The notes: generated by a model from the letters alone, not told the origin. Counted from the whole stretch's first letter, positions 23,741 to 37,425 are shown. The stretch: DNA of 63,822 nt, filler included, from Neolecta irregularis DAH-3 (GCA_001929475.1; 9 parts of 9 records of this genome joined end to end with filler, not necessarily neighbours in it), one strand, 5' to 3'. A program made the numbers and translations.

Positions 23741-24664
23741 ATGAGAAATAAACCAGGAGATGAGTGGGCCAAGGACATTTTAAAAAAATATGGGGGAGAT
23801 TATGTATTCTCTCCAGCGGTCACAAAAGCAGTCTACGTCCCTCTTCTACTCTTGTGCAGGAACATTGCGATGCATACCACCCAACCAAAATCATTAAATT
23901 TTGGAAAACGTCAAGAAAAGGAACAGAACGAAAATGAAGAGCGACCGACCAAACGCCACAAACCGAATCAGGAGGCCGTAGAAAAGACGGCTACTCAACT
24001 GGTTAGCACGGACCTAGATTCATTGGCAGTTCCTTCGAAAAGATGGTCTTCCCCAGAGTACTTTCAAAATATGGCGTTGACTTTTCTACAAATACTCGGC
24101 GAGAATATTCGTGGAGGCATTACCACTCATTTTCATGAGCAGGATCGGTATTTACTTTTTGCAGAAAAAGATCTGAAGTTACTCGTTGGATTCCCTCACG
24201 TCGGAATGTATATTATCATACTGGGCAGACCGGCTAAAAATGACGACGATCCAACTGTAGTAGAGATATATGAACTCTATTCATCAAGTTTCAATGGAGA
24301 TGACACGGGGATAGCTGTTTCAAACTATTATGAAATTTTTTCAAAATTGATGATTCCGTTCGGCCAAAAATATGATTATAAGGGTCAAGACGATACCCAG
24401 TATTTCAGACATGCGGATGGGGAAATGTTAACGACAAAACTTGTTCTACAGGTGGTAGACTTATTACTTAGGCCTCCTCAAGATACCGGCGATAAATTTT
24501 CTCAACCGACAAGTGCTACACCATTCTTTCGCGATCTCATGGCAATCGTGCTATTTACTGACTATGGGAAGAACCTGCGAAACAGTGTTCAACATCAACT
24601 AAACGACCGCCGATTACAATCACATTTATATGATACAATCATTACAACCCACAACAATACTTGA
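23741..24664 (+). CDS. Intronless orphan hypothetical protein (307 aa) with NLS-like RPTKRHK
   Basis: Long clean ORF; family not recognised. Confidence 0.55.
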   Translation: MRNKPGDEWAKDILKKYGGDYVFSPAVTKAVYVPLLLLCRNIAMHTTQPKSLNFGKRQEKEQNENEERPTKRHKPNQEAVEKTATQLVSTDLDSLAVPSKRWSSPEYFQNMALTFLQILGENIRGGITTHFHEQDRYLLFAEKDLKLLVGFPHVGMYIIILGRPAKNDDDPTVVEIYELYSSSFNGDDTGIAVSNYYEIFSKLMIPFGQKYDYKGQDDTQYFRHADGEMLTTKLVLQVVDLLLRPPQDTGDKFSQPTSATPFFRDLMAIVLFTDYGKNLRNSVQHQLNDRRLQSHLYDTIITTHNNT

Positions 24665-25073
24665 GAATATCCTTACAGGAGCCTTGCCGGCAGGGATTGC
24701 AGTCACCCGTTTTTTCTTGTTAGATAGCCAATTGTTTAGCAGTTTGGGTACTTGATCTAATCAGTGTAAACGGTATCTTATTGAAACTGGACTATATACC
24801 GAACTCGGCGCATATCCACGTGTTTGACATGCAGGGAAATTTTGTCGCTTTAGGCTTTTGCTTAAGCATGGAACCCTTGCTTTAGACTATAACAACCTTG
24901 ATAACATGTTCACTGCCAACACTGCGCTGCAAGGCGCATTTGCCAAACACATGCACACCCTTGCCTGCCTCACCTACTCACTTCCTCTTGCTCCCCTGCC
25001 CGTCACTGCCCTGATCACCTCGCCTGCTGCACATCACCCTCCTCATCCGTACACAAATTATCTCCGCGAAGCC

Positions 25074-25265
25074 ATGTTTTCGATTTTATTTTTCATCGTG
25101 TTGTGCGGAAAGCTTACCTTTGCAACCGAGTATCTCTTACAATACAAAAAGAGTGATATGGCTATGGACACGACGGTATTTTGTCACTTCTTGGAAGAAC
25201 ATGCCATTGGTGGTGGTCCCGAGGCTTCAATTTTCGAGCTTCAGGATCGAAAAAGGAGCAGATAG
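25074..25265 (+). pseudogene. Truncated paralogue of the secreted PAN-like gene at 48650-49048
   Basis: MFSILFFIVLCGKLTFATEYL vs MLSIFLFIALCGKLSFATLYL; shared upstream CGCGAA(G)CCATG; ORF diverges and stops before the CAxxC core. Confidence 0.7.
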
Positions 25266-25914
25266 AGAATGTCGAGACTGACAGAATAGTGAAATATCGA
25301 TTCGATCATGTCAGCACACTCGTCGGTATGTGGTGCTGGTTGAGACTTGGGTTGGGTGCTCTGACTTAGTTACTNNNNNNNNNNNNNNNNNNNNNNNNNN
25401 NNNNNNNNNNNNNNNNNNTTAATTAATTAANNNNNNNNNNNNNNNNNNNNNNNNNNNNNNNNNNNNNNNNNNNNCTACTTATTCCACCAACGCCTGATTA
25501 CTGTATTGGTAAGGTATACCGACTGGGTATATCCTTACAGTAGGGGTCAAAAGTCACAATCATTTCCGAAACATGGTAGCTATTGTGAACGAAATCCTTA
25601 AATTTGCGGTGCAAATGAAAGACAATCATGAATAAAAAGTCAAAAGAGACCTAAAGGAAAAACATGGAATTATTTTCGATAGATATCGACAACACGTCTA
25701 CTGCTCTCCCGTTATCGAGAAATCCAAACTATAGCCGTTTGATGCTCTGAACAGGGCTGTATGGTTTTGACCGTCATCTATTATGAATTTGATCATGGAT
25801 GTGAAAAATGAGTGTTGCATGTTTCAGTTTTCTCCTGTCATTCAAACGCACTGGCAGGTCAAGTGATACGCTGAGACAATTTCAGTCAAAAATGACCGTT
25901 TTTATAGGTTTACC

Positions 25915-26333
25915 TAGTGTGTCCAACTGCCCGTCCGACGGCTTACTAAGCCGTCTGTCCGTCGAAAAAAGCTGAGCCGTCCGTCCGTCGGAGAGTTGTC
26001 CGGCGGCGGATGAACGCCGGCGGGCAGATTACTAAGCCACACACCCGCCGTAGAGATATGAACCACCCGCCTGAAGAGTGCTCTAGTGGCTTTTTGTAAA
26101 TAGTAACAAGTAGAAATAATAGCGATGGAAGAAATGGCAAGATAGAAATCAATTTATATTAGCAACTGACATTATTTAGTGAATGTGTAGTTGAACCTAT
26201 AGAAATTGTTAATTCATGCGGCTGCCGGCGGCTTCCAGCCCATCCAGCCGTCCATCGGAGAACTTTTGAGCTGTCCGTCCGTCCGTCCGTCGTGGGGTCG
26301 CCGACGGCGACAGTCTGATGGTTGGACACACTG
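25915..26333. mobile_element. hAT-family MITE (419 bp) with 8-bp target-site duplication
   Basis: TIRs TAGTGTGTCCAAC and GTTGGACACACTG; perfect TSD GGTTTACC at 25907-25914 and 26334-26341; CCGTC/GACGG subterminal repeats around an AT-rich core. Confidence 0.92.
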
Positions 26334-26596
26334 GGTTTACCTTTTCGAATGTCTCTTCTAATCACAGTACATAGTACAGTAGAACCTGACTATAGCGAAT
26401 GTGGCATTCAGGGGTGTTGAACTTGTTATAAGGAGGATTCGTTCTATCATGATATCACGTTAGACCTTATACAAATTGATTTTGGAAGGTGGTTGGGTTC
26501 GTTATAACAAGGCATTCGTTGAACAGCGGTTTCCTATACCGTATACATCACGTGGATAGTCAACCCAACCCACCTTCGCCATCACAACAATACAAA

Positions 26597-27598
26597 ATGC
26601 AAGGTATGTCGCCGATAATCGCCTATGCTGAATTCGCCAAGGCTTCAACCGCTACTATCCGCCTACATATGATGGTAAATCGACCATCAACCAGCTTAAC
26701 AATTCCCATGCGCTGGGTAACAGGGCACGCAAACTTCACCAAGGGTGCATCTTGCCCCGCCCCTTTTCTCCGTTGACGCCAGCATCCTCATTGTGCGCTT
26801 TGAGTTGCCCTATGACATCTTCTGCGAACAGTGTTCTTCTCATGTCGCCCAAGGTGTTCGTTACAACGCCGAAAAGAAAAGGGTTGGCAGTTATCATTCT
26901 ACACCTATCTGGTCGTTTCGTATGAAATGCCATCTATGTTCTTCTTGGTTTGAGATCCAAACAGATCCTCAGGTCTCCTTTATTTCTGTTTCCCACCCGT
27001 TGATCGGCAGAATACCGCTTACAAAATTATCTCTGGTGCCCGGAAACGTATTCAGGAATGGGACACCAGTGTCGCTGGGAATATCGTTACCTCCGAACAA
27101 GATCGGGAGCGCATTGAAACAGATCCGATATTTCGTTTGGAAAGGGAAATGGAAGACAAAAAGGTTGCCGAGGAACGAAAACCTTTGTTATCAAAAATTG
27201 AGGAGGCTAATAGACGACAATGGGCAGATCCCTACTCCCTCTCTCAAAAGCTGCGAAGATCATTTCGTGAAGGAAAAAAAATACGAGAGGCGAAGAATGC
27301 TGCTGATCAGAAAATATTAGACCGGAATGGCCTTAATATCAAGCTTTTGGAAGAGGCTCCCCAAGATCTTGTAGCCGCAAAAAAGGTTGAGTTTAAGCGT
27401 GGACGAGAAGACATAGCCAAGAAGAAAGCGGTTCTTGGTGTGAAGCACCCATTAGATAAAGGTGTCCGTGGAGAGATATTTGTAAATGAGCGGATTAAGA
27501 ATGATCCATTCTTAAACTCGGAGTTTGTTAAAAGGCGGAAGCGATCAAGGGAGGAGAGTGAATGTAGGACGGGATTAGTGGGTTATCAAAGCGATTAA
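26597..27598 (+). CDS. Splicing factor Saf4/CCDC130 (YJU2B) family, multi-exon
   Basis: FNRYYPP, HALG.RARKL, IVRFELPYDIFC..C...VAQGVRYNAEKK.VGSYHSTPIWSFRMKCHLC...FEIQTDP. Confidence 0.92.
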
Positions 27599-28859
27599 TT
27601 ATTGAAATAAAATTGACTTCTATCGTTAAGCGAGATCTTGGACCTTGACAGTTGACAATGTAAAAGCTCCAAGCCCTACTTTGAAAATTGTTCATTCTTG
27701 GGTTGATTCTGTTCACCGTTAGAGCCAGTTTATTGTCCTTGTTATCTATTGATGAAGATTGTAACTGAGGACTAACTATGTGGCAGCTAGTTGTCACCAT
27801 AAGGATGACAACTATCTTCCACATAGGTGGTATATATACATGATACTTAGTGTTTATGCTATACCTCTCTCATACGCTGAGGGAGTCTCCACTCTCTGTA
27901 CAGATATCCAAGTGTGGGAGCTCTTTGTATGCCTGGGAGGCTAGAACTCCTGTATCAGACTCTAGGTGAACTTCTTGGAATAGGGTGCTAGTCACTTAGG
28001 AAGTAACTAACTCTATTCAAGTTGTTGGTTAAAAGCCTGCCCTCCTAGTGAGGTACAAGCCTGCTACTTATAGTGAANNNNNNNNNNNNNNNNNNNNNNN
28101 NNNNNNNNNNNNNNNNNNNNNTTAATTAATTAANNNNNNNNNNNNNNNNNNNNNNNNNNNNNNNNNNNNNNNNNNNNGTGGTAAGGTTGGTGGAGGACGG
28201 TTACAGATTTGGGGGTGTGGCTGTGCGATTCCACAGGTGGGACAGAACACATTAATTGGTGTGCTATAAGTCGGAGTTACGCTGTTTTCTAATAAAGAAT
28301 CGGGACATGGGAGAGGATCGCTTGCAAAGCCACGCTTCTTCGGCTATTACTTTCTAAATGTCTATGTAAATCTTTGTTAGCCGACATGCTTTCTGTTATC
28401 TTTTTGCAACAATCCTGCTTTGGAAATATCTGGATCACCCCTTGTTAGCACCATGCAATGAAAAGCATATATGAGGAGAACGTATCAGATACAACATGGG
28501 GCAATCTTCGCCGAGTCTGACTCCGTTATCTCATCTTCAAAACAGTAATCCGCATCCTCCTTCCATTCATGTTTTCAGAAGTCAATCATGGTGTGTTCGG
28601 GAAGAAAAGTAATACAAAAATAGCATTCTTAGAGTCATGATGTGTGCGTAAGCGACCAAACTTTTGTTGCAGATGGGCCCTAATAGTATTCTACTAATTT
28701 CATTCCATGATTTAGTACCACAAATGCAAAACTCCATTCTGTTTCTGTGAACTTGTGTATCCTCTAAACCAACATGGCAACGCCTTAGAAGCAACAACAG
28801 ATTGTGTAAAGAAAAACCCCGAACATGAAAGACTTTGAAGTGGTCATCAAAGGACGAAC

Positions 28860-30245
28860 CTATGAGATGCGTTGATTTTCAGGAAGTTTTTCATTGGCCA
28901 AAGCCCATTTGACAGCATCTAGGACGTTGTTCTGAACGCTCCTGGCAGGGTAGTCTTCGGCATTCTCGCCTCCCTGGAAAACACCCGTTCGTACGAGAAT
29001 GGAGATCCATCCAAACTGGTTCGCACCTCTGATGTCACTGAATGGCGAGTCACCAATCATATATACACGAGTTGGGTCCTTATTAATGTTGTGAATTTCA
29101 CGACGCCATTCAGTAAGAACTTGGGTTGCATATTTGTAAGTGGTCGAGTGCGGTTTGCCCATGAGAGTGCTGCCAAGTCAGTTCAGAAATATGCATAAAA
29201 GAACCTCCCAAGATCTTTTCCAGTAGATTCTGTATACAAAGTTTCGATGCATTTTCGAAGAGCACCCATGCCAAATCGAGGAAGACTATATGATGTGGCC
29301 TGATCATATTAAAAGAAATGTTAACGTGGCATGTGATTATACCCACACAACGTCACCGTGACTATAATATAATGGAGGCCCCTCCTGACTAGTTTTTGAG
29401 ACGGTGCCCATTCGACCGTTGACAGAAGTCAATAATTCGATGATGATTTGTTGATCTCCGGCCCAGTCCCTGCTGTCTGCAAATACCAGAATGGCTTGGA
29501 TATCCACTTTAGTGAAATCCCTCGGATGACAAGATTTGAGCTCTTCTTCTGTCAATGTCCTGAAGGGCACACAGTCTGGCTTCCAAGCGATGATATCTCC
29601 GGGAGTGATAACATCTTTGAATCCGTAGGTTTCAGCAACCTTACGGCAAGTATCTCCAACACCACCCACCACAAGAACTGTATTGTATAGTTCAACGAGA
29701 TTGCGCATCGGAGTGTGGCCCTGGATGAATTGTGACGTGGATACAGGCACCTAGTAACTCCTTAATAGGCTCAAGACTAGGATTATTTACTTCGAGTTTG
29801 TCACTCAACTCCTTACACCTGTCTTGTTCAAGTTTTCCGCCACCATTTGTGAGAAAGATATACGGCACAACACTATAAATAAGCAATTCCTCATGAAGTA
29901 AAGTGCATACATTCCGTCTTCATTTTCTCCGTTCAACATTCGAAGAGCTTCTTTTGCTTCTGGGATGACTTCGCCTCCCTTTAGCAAGACGCCATCAATG
30001 TCAAAAGCAACAGCAAATTCGACTTTCGGAGACTCGGTTGAAACATCACTGACTGACGATCCTGATGAAAAGATGCCTTCGTCGACCTGTTGACGAGCGT
30101 GGTCAACCGGACAGGCAACAGCTGGTGCCATTGCTATTGAAAGAGGAATGCCAACCCTTGGAGACGAACGAAGAACAGAAGCACTGATAGAGTTCATTCC
30201 GTTGGGCATAGAAGTGGGTTGAGACGAGATGATAGCAGTAGACAT
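28860..30245 (-). CDS. HAD-superfamily class IIA hydrolase (CECR5/HDHD5-like), multi-exon
   Basis: AFDIDGVL, PYIFLTNGGG, IQGHTPM, GKP, MIGDSPFSDIRGA, SILVRTGV. Confidence 0.92.
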
Positions 30246-30347
30246 GATTTATGAAAGAGAATTTGGGACGAGCCCCTATATATCATTTTTTAACTTCCTC
30301 TGACGAGTATTAACTGCGGATATAGGTCCTTGGACTATTCTCCTTCA

Positions 30348-30355
30348 TGACGTCA
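30348..30355. promoter_or_regulatory. Perfect CRE (ATF/CREB bZIP) palindrome upstream of the HAD gene
   Basis: TGACGTCA about 100 bp upstream of the ATG; TATATA near 30277; further TGACG half-sites at 30301 and about 30455. Confidence 0.4.
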
Positions 30356-32445
30356 CTCGTCTTACCGTGCTCGAACCATGCAACAATTAATGCAAAGGCA
30401 TGGAGTCGGCAATGGTATTCCGAAAACGTCTTCTTGATGAATATCTTTGGCAAATGACGTCGTGGGTTCTGGTCATATTCTTTGTGAGCCGTAGCTTTCC
30501 CTAAGAGCAGCAATCGCATTTCCCCAAATAAACCTGTTCTCAAATGCTGAAAGCGTGTTGTCAACTTTCCCTCAATCATACGAATGCTATTGAAAATCGA
30601 TGATTATTGGAAGTGATTAGTCCTCCGGGTTTCAGGATTGTAACATCGCAGTGATCTTTCTAGCATCATCGCAAGGAAACTTCTGAGCGGTAGCTGTACC
30701 AAAGGGTGAAAATTTTGCGACTAGCTCCAGACCTTCTATCCCCTGGAATATTAGTCTTTGGAAACGGTTGCCTGATATTCACAACATTGCATGTAGATGC
30801 CCCTGTAACGTCTTGTCCACGCCAGGGAGTGATGTGGATCATTAGAATTCGATTAAGGAGTTCTTATTAAGCTCGAGGCCAAATTTCCGTTATAATATGG
30901 TACAAGGAGTGAAACAGTCGTTTCAATATACGACAACAACCTAGATGTCTCGAAGCAACTTGATTTCTGGTGTTCCCTTGAAGTTGTTGCATGACTACCA
31001 CAGTAGTCGATCAGACTAGACTCCTGAAGGAAGAAAAACGGTATAATCCAGTATATACACTTTTTGAGAGGAAAATAAGAAGACGTGAGATTCTTTGGTA
31101 TTCAATCCTGTAAGATCAGCGGTTGGGCTTCCACCAGATGTTGAACACCATGCAGATTCACGAATATGAAACGAAGATGACATAGTTCTAATCCTAGATT
31201 CTAGCGTTGTGATTGGCGATCTGTTCGATAACATAACTGAACGGAAGAGGGGTATGCCTACTTTGCCCAATTATTGATTTTCTGAAGTGGGATGGAAAAT
31301 ACTTTCCTCAATTGATTTGAGAATGCAAAAACTTTCAGAGCGCAATTGCAACTACAATAAGAGGTGTTTCGTTTCAATGCACCCATCATGGTTGTGTGTC
31401 AACTTCTTGATTTTGGCTTCGGCAACCCTTCTCTTACAGGGGAGTCTAGCCCGTTTAATGTAACAGAGGTGATGTCATCAATGAAAACTGCGGTATTAGC
31501 AATGATAACATCATACGCTAGCGTGTTAGTACTTGACTGAGTAGTATTTCAGGATCCTGGACTGCCTTTTCAGTCTCTTTTAAATAAATTACATATTCTT
31601 TTTCGAATTCAAATGCGGCATTCTGAGATATTTCTCCAAGAATCAATGCAATATTGCTTGTGGCCGGTCCTGGTCTATACATCTGTGCTCCATGCATTCT
31701 TCCTTAATAATTCATCGTTTCTATTCAGGAAATCTTTCATTGGGATTGATATCGAAATAAGAGAATAAAGGCTCGGACATGCATCGACAGTGATTCTGTG
31801 TAACTTCAAGGTCGAACAAGGAAAATATTTGGAAAGATTCACGAATTCAACCATATTAAACTTGAAATCGTTTTGGCAAGACAAGTCTCAAGATCATTGA
31901 GATTTGATTTAAGTTTTGGAGACACTGGATTCGGGGATGTAAAAGGTATCTTCCGGGTCGTCTTGATGACCTAGTCTAGTTTTGGAATTAAGAATAAAAA
32001 GGGGCGAATATGCCCTTTCCATTCTCAGTAATGTATGCTGATTCATCGGAATGATGAATTTTCCTTCCATTTCAGTTTGGGTGGTGCGAAAAACAAAGCC
32101 TTTGTGGAACTTCCAGTGGTAGCCCGACAATATACAACTTTGTTTATCCCGAAATTTCAAGACCACTGATCTGCTTGCGCAAGTTCATTGCGTGAGATAC
32201 AGAAGCCGAGAATACCCTTTCTGACTGGCGTGCTACCAAGTATAGGCTGACGACCGTGTTCCACCGCACCAAATAGGCAACCTAGACCACGATGCGTGGA
32301 AGAATCGCAGAAATCGCTCGCTCCAATCAAATGCTGTTGTTCTTAACATAGCCCTGTTTATGCGCCCCCTGCCATTATTTATCCAAGAGCGATTGTTGAG
32401 ACTGGGAGCGTCAGTATTTGTCAGCCTGTCTCGATCATCGATGTC

Positions 32446-34366
32446 ATGAAGCGTACCCCACGCTCTTGTCTCTGACCATACAAGTACGAATTCCCTGGAT
32501 ATCTCTCAAGGGGGTAAAGACAGAATCAACATCCTTCCCGGGTCTAAATACAACCGAATTAGAAATAAAGACTTCTCTAGCCGGGCCTTTATTGCCTAAT
32601 CGTTGCCGCTTTTACAGATCGTGTCAAACCCCACGAAACCCACAAACTTGAAACAACGCTGTCGCTCACAACTAACCCTCCAATATTTTATTGGGGTCCT
32701 TTCTACGACAGGCACTCTTAAAGGGTACTCTTCAGTCGATCCAACATCGGAAGATTCAGTCTCCAAACTCCACAACAGCAGCTCTTCTAGCAAAAATAAC
32801 AACGGCAGCCCCGGTCGATATGGATATGGAAAATCTCAAATTACCATGTTACTTTCATGAGCGGTTCGATAATCTTGTTGAAATTGATAAAATCCTCGAA
32901 GAAATGCCAGCAGAGGAATTGAACTCTCATTGGCAGGTGCAGACGGCAGCAGGTGTACGAGAAGTTCCCAAACAGATTGGTATGATCGTGCTATTCCCGG
33001 CTTTCTGTAACAAGGACAGCTCGGAAGACGGTAACAATCATGAAAACGAAGAACATTCTTATTGTCACAAAAGCTCGAGATAATGATCTGATCACGATTA
33101 CCCAAGAACTTGCTCTGTGGTTGCTCGAGACACCTCGATATGACAGAGATATTGGGGTTTGTGTCTATGTGGACGAGCAACTTCGAAATTCCAGAAGGTT
33201 TGATGCGGATGGTATAATCCAGAAAGATCAAAGATTTGCTAGAATGCTCAATTACTGGACCCCAGAACTTTGCTGGTCGAACCCTGATCTATTCGATCTC
33301 GTTGTTACTGTACCCGCTAACAATCTTATCCCTTGCTGATCTGTATAGTTGGGTGGAGATGGGACAGTTTTGTATAGTATAGTTCACATGGGTTTACTCA
33401 ATTGACTTTTCAGCTTCATGGTTGTTTCAGCGTATCGTACCACCAGTTTTATCTTTTGCCTATGGAAGTTTGGGTTTTTTAACGAATTTCGATTATCATG
33501 ATTGGACAAATATTTTAGACGAAGCATTAAATAATGGAATTAAAGTAAATTTGAGAATGCGGCATGCTGTACAACGGTTTAGGACCTAATCTTTCTAGAT
33601 TCACTTGCACGGTATATAGAGCAGAGCAGGACACCGTTAACGAATCTGAACAATACGAGGTTTGGAGGCTCTTTTATCCAAAGTGGAGCTAATCCAAGGT
33701 CCTCAACGAAGTCGTCATAGACCGGGGCCCATCCCCCTTCATTTCCAGTCTTGATCTGTTTGGAGATGATCATCTTCTCACGATCGTCCAAGCTGACGGT
33801 CTGATTCTCTCAACGCCAACTGGCGTATTTCACTTTTGTATGAATGGCGAAACTAACTCTTTATAAGAGCACTGCGTATTCATTATCCGCTGGCGGTTCA
33901 TTGGTTCATCCGGAAATTCCTGCCACCCTCGTTACTCCGATCTGCCCTCATACTCTCTCTTTCAGACCCATGTTACTCCCAGACTCTATGGTTCTACGGG
34001 TCTCGGTTCCAAAAGAGTCGAGATCGAAGAGTTACGCATCGTTTGATGGCCGGTGCCGAGTTCCTTTGCGACGTGATTTCTTCTTGAACCCTCACCTACT
34101 AAGCTTTGCCAGAAGGAGACTACGTCACTGTTCGAGCAAGCCAATTTCCGTACCGGCAAGTGGTACAATCGCGTAACGAATGGATAGATTCGATCTCTAG
34201 AACATTGTCATGGAATGTCCGCGACAAGCAAAAGGCGTTCACTCAAACCATCAGCCAGGAAGAAGATTGGGATATTTATGATAGCGGGATGGGTACAAGC
34301 GTTGAGAATAACAGCGATAGAGGCGAATCTCCAATCTTTGTACGAGCAGCTGGTCTGCGGCCTTGA
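32446..34366 (+). CDS. ATP-NAD kinase (UTR1/YEF1-like), multi-exon; start approximate
   Basis: [77 protein letters not shown]. Confidence 0.93.
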
Positions 34367-34673
34367 TTTCCCATCAGTTACACTGGACTGCACAGGGTAC
34401 AAAGGTAGCTGTAAAGCTTGGTCCGACATCATGTTGCTCTTCAGACTGGGGTCATTAGACTACCGGCTTCTATTTTTCTTTGGAGATATCTATTACTTGA
34501 TCACTGCCATGCAACCTATCACATCCATGTCCACACTACTTGCAAGCCGTAGTTGACCAACCTAGCTGGTGAACCAGTTGACGTGGCCTTGGCGTTTACG
34601 GCGTCTCAGCCTATTTAACTGCAGTTCGCCCACCAGCTGCCCCTCCTACCAGCCTCTATTTTGCCTCTTTGCA

Positions 34674-36399
34674 ATGAAAGTTTTTTTCAAGTCATTGGTG
34701 ATCGCCATTGCCGCAGTTTCTGTGTCTGCAGACGTCTTGGAATCTTCGGACGTCTTACAGATGACAAAGGCTACTTTTGATGATTTCGTCAAAGACCATG
34801 AACTGCTACTGGCAGAGTTTTACGCACCATGGTTTGTCATTTCATGCACTTCGGATTGGGACTAACATATAGGTGTGGACATTGTAAAGTACGGAGTACA
34901 TCACTTTTGATGCTAACGACATAGATGCTCGCTCACGAGTATGAGCAAGCTGCCACGAAACTAAAGGAACAAGTATGCTCTTCATTCTGGACTCAAAAAT
35001 AACTATTTCAGAATATTCCCCTTATCAAGGTCGACTGTACAGAGGAAGAAGACCTTTGTAGTGAGCAGGAAGTACAAGGGTACCCTACTTTGAAGGTACC
35101 TGGTTATTCGAGTCCCAGTCTCATTTCGAGGTCTTTCGTGATGCGAAATCAGCTCCATACCAGGGTGCGAGAAAATATGAAGCAATTGTCTCGTATATGA
35201 CGAAGCAACGGCTTCCTGCTGTTTCGACTCTCACTAAGGAGAGTCACGACGAATTTACAACCTCCGACAAGGTTGTTGTTATTTGCTATCTTGACAAATC
35301 GGATTCCACTAATGCTGAAACCTTCGAAAAAGTTGCCAATGCACTCCGAGATGACTTCTTGTTTGGAATTGTTACCGATGCCAATGTCGTCGCCTCGGAA
35401 AAAAGACCTTCTATCGTCCTTTACAGGAGTTTCGATGAACCAAAGACCGTCTATAATGGTAAACTAACCGTCGAACAACTACAAAAGTTTATAAAGACTG
35501 CCAGCGTTCCTCTTATCGGAGACATTGGACCCGAAACCTATTCTACCTACATCGAGGCTGGAGTTCCACTGACTTTTATCTTCACCGAAGAAGCTGACAA
35601 AGAAAGATTGGTTGAAGAATTGAAGCCTCTTGCCAAAAAATTCAAGGATCATTTGAACGTTGCCACTATTGATGCCACTGCTTTTAGTGCCCACGCTGGT
35701 AATCTCAATCTTGAGGCTAAATGGCCTGCCATTGCAATCCACGATACAATCAATAATCTCAAATACCCCTTAGATCAAACCAAAGAAATCACGTTTGCCG
35801 TTGTTGAAGCCTTTTTCGAATCCTTCATTGCCGGAACATTGGAACCCAAGATCAAGTCAGAAGAAATCCCCAAGACTCAGGATGGCCCAGTTACTGTTGT
35901 CGTCGCCAAGAATTACGATAATATTGTCCTGGATGACTCGAAAGATGTCCTTATTGAGTTCTTTGCCCCATGGTGTGGACACTGCAAGGTATGTAATTGG
36001 TCAAAGCACACTTCTAAGCATCAGAAACTTGCTCCGGAATATGAAAAATTGGCTCAATTTTATGAATCCTACAGTGACAAAGTTGTCATTGCTAAATGCG
36101 ACGCCACGCTCAATGATATCCCGGATAAGATTGTAGGATTTCCCACTATTAAGCTCTATCCTGCAAACCAGAAAAAGGAACCTGTTGAATATACTGGGGA
36201 TCGAAGTCTCGCTGGACTCGCTGCTTTTATCGCCGAACAAGGCACCTACAAAATCGACATAGAGGATAAAATTAAAGAATCAGAAGATGCTACAGCTGCC
36301 CCTGAAACTGATGGTCCAGGAGCAGGACAAAAAGTATTTGAAAAAATCAAAGAGGCTGGAGAAGCTGTTGGTGGTGATGAAATCCATGACGAATTGTAA
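34674..36399 (+). CDS. PDI1: Protein disulfide-isomerase, multi-exon
   Basis: Signal peptide, two APWCGHCK sites (the first split by an intron), C-terminal HDEL. Confidence 0.97.
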
Positions 36400-36759
36400 G
36401 CTATTAACTCTTTCAAGGCTTTGTAGAAGCAAATTTGTTGTGTATGTAATGTGAAGCACCTTCTATTCCTTCCTGCTTTTGTTACCTTTGGAGGCAAATG
36501 ACTCTGGATATGTTTGTTAAATTCTGTCACATGGAATGACCTCCTTCCTCAAGGGCCATCTGACTGACAAATCCTATTCGCCGGCCACCGGCCACATGGA
36601 CTCTGTTTTATAGGATCAGATATCAGGCTGACTTTTTGCTGACGGAGCAGCATTTGCCTACCACAGCTTCCAAGAATCGTGTTGCAACGTGACAAAAATA
36701 GCTCCACAGGCCTTTATATACGTTCGACAACTTGGTTTCTCCTTGCCATCTCCAATCTA

Positions 36760-37425
36760 ATGACCACAACAACAGCCCCTGGAAGTAGTACCCCATCAGG
36801 CAGTAAGCACAGGCTTCGTCGGGCAACTTCTGTATTGACAGAAACATCAGATCCCCCTGTCTCTCAAACCATGCCAATCAAGCGTTCCACGTCGATGATG
36901 TCCAAGAGCAGCATTCGTACAGCAGTCAATGATACCGGGCTCAGACCTGGAAAGCGACCGCCCTGGGATACGAAAGGACGTCTTGAAGATGTTGAAAGAG
37001 CCTTTGATCATGTCCAGAACCAGTTGGTCGTCAAAGAAGATCAAAGGGATCAATTGTCTGATCTGGTGCGTATTAAAGATTCAAGAAGCATTGTCCACAC
37101 AAAGAAAACAACTAACTAAATAGTTCATGAACTCGAAGAACAACTAGAAAGATTCTCTCAGATAAATCAAGCACAGAAAGATCGATTAGAACACTTCGAG
37201 CGCATCATCCGACGAGGCGATATTGATCAAATGGTTGCTCATCAACATCACCAAATTATCGAGATTCGGAAAAAGCAGAGAAAAGAACTTGAAGAGATGA
37301 TGCTTCCCTATGAAGCTCGAGTCCGAGAGATGAGACGCGAGATTATCCGTGAAGAAGATGGGGATTGTGGTGATCATTGCGGGATGACGGAGGTTGGATT
37401 TTGTGACCCTTGGGAATTGATATAG
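36760..37425 (+). CDS. Short coiled-coil protein resembling a kinesin-14 (Kar3/KlpA) tail, without motor domain
   Basis: KRPPWDTKGRLEDVE motif followed by coiled coil; a GC-AG intron 37088-37123 joins the two ORFs in frame; stop at 37423-37425. Confidence 0.55.

Noticed and set aside
30900-32200. Possible minus-strand multi-exon gene between the HAD hydrolase and NAD kinase (similarly 37600-38400)
   Set aside because: Could not build a consistent spliced frame or recognise a family by eye; needs RNA-seq
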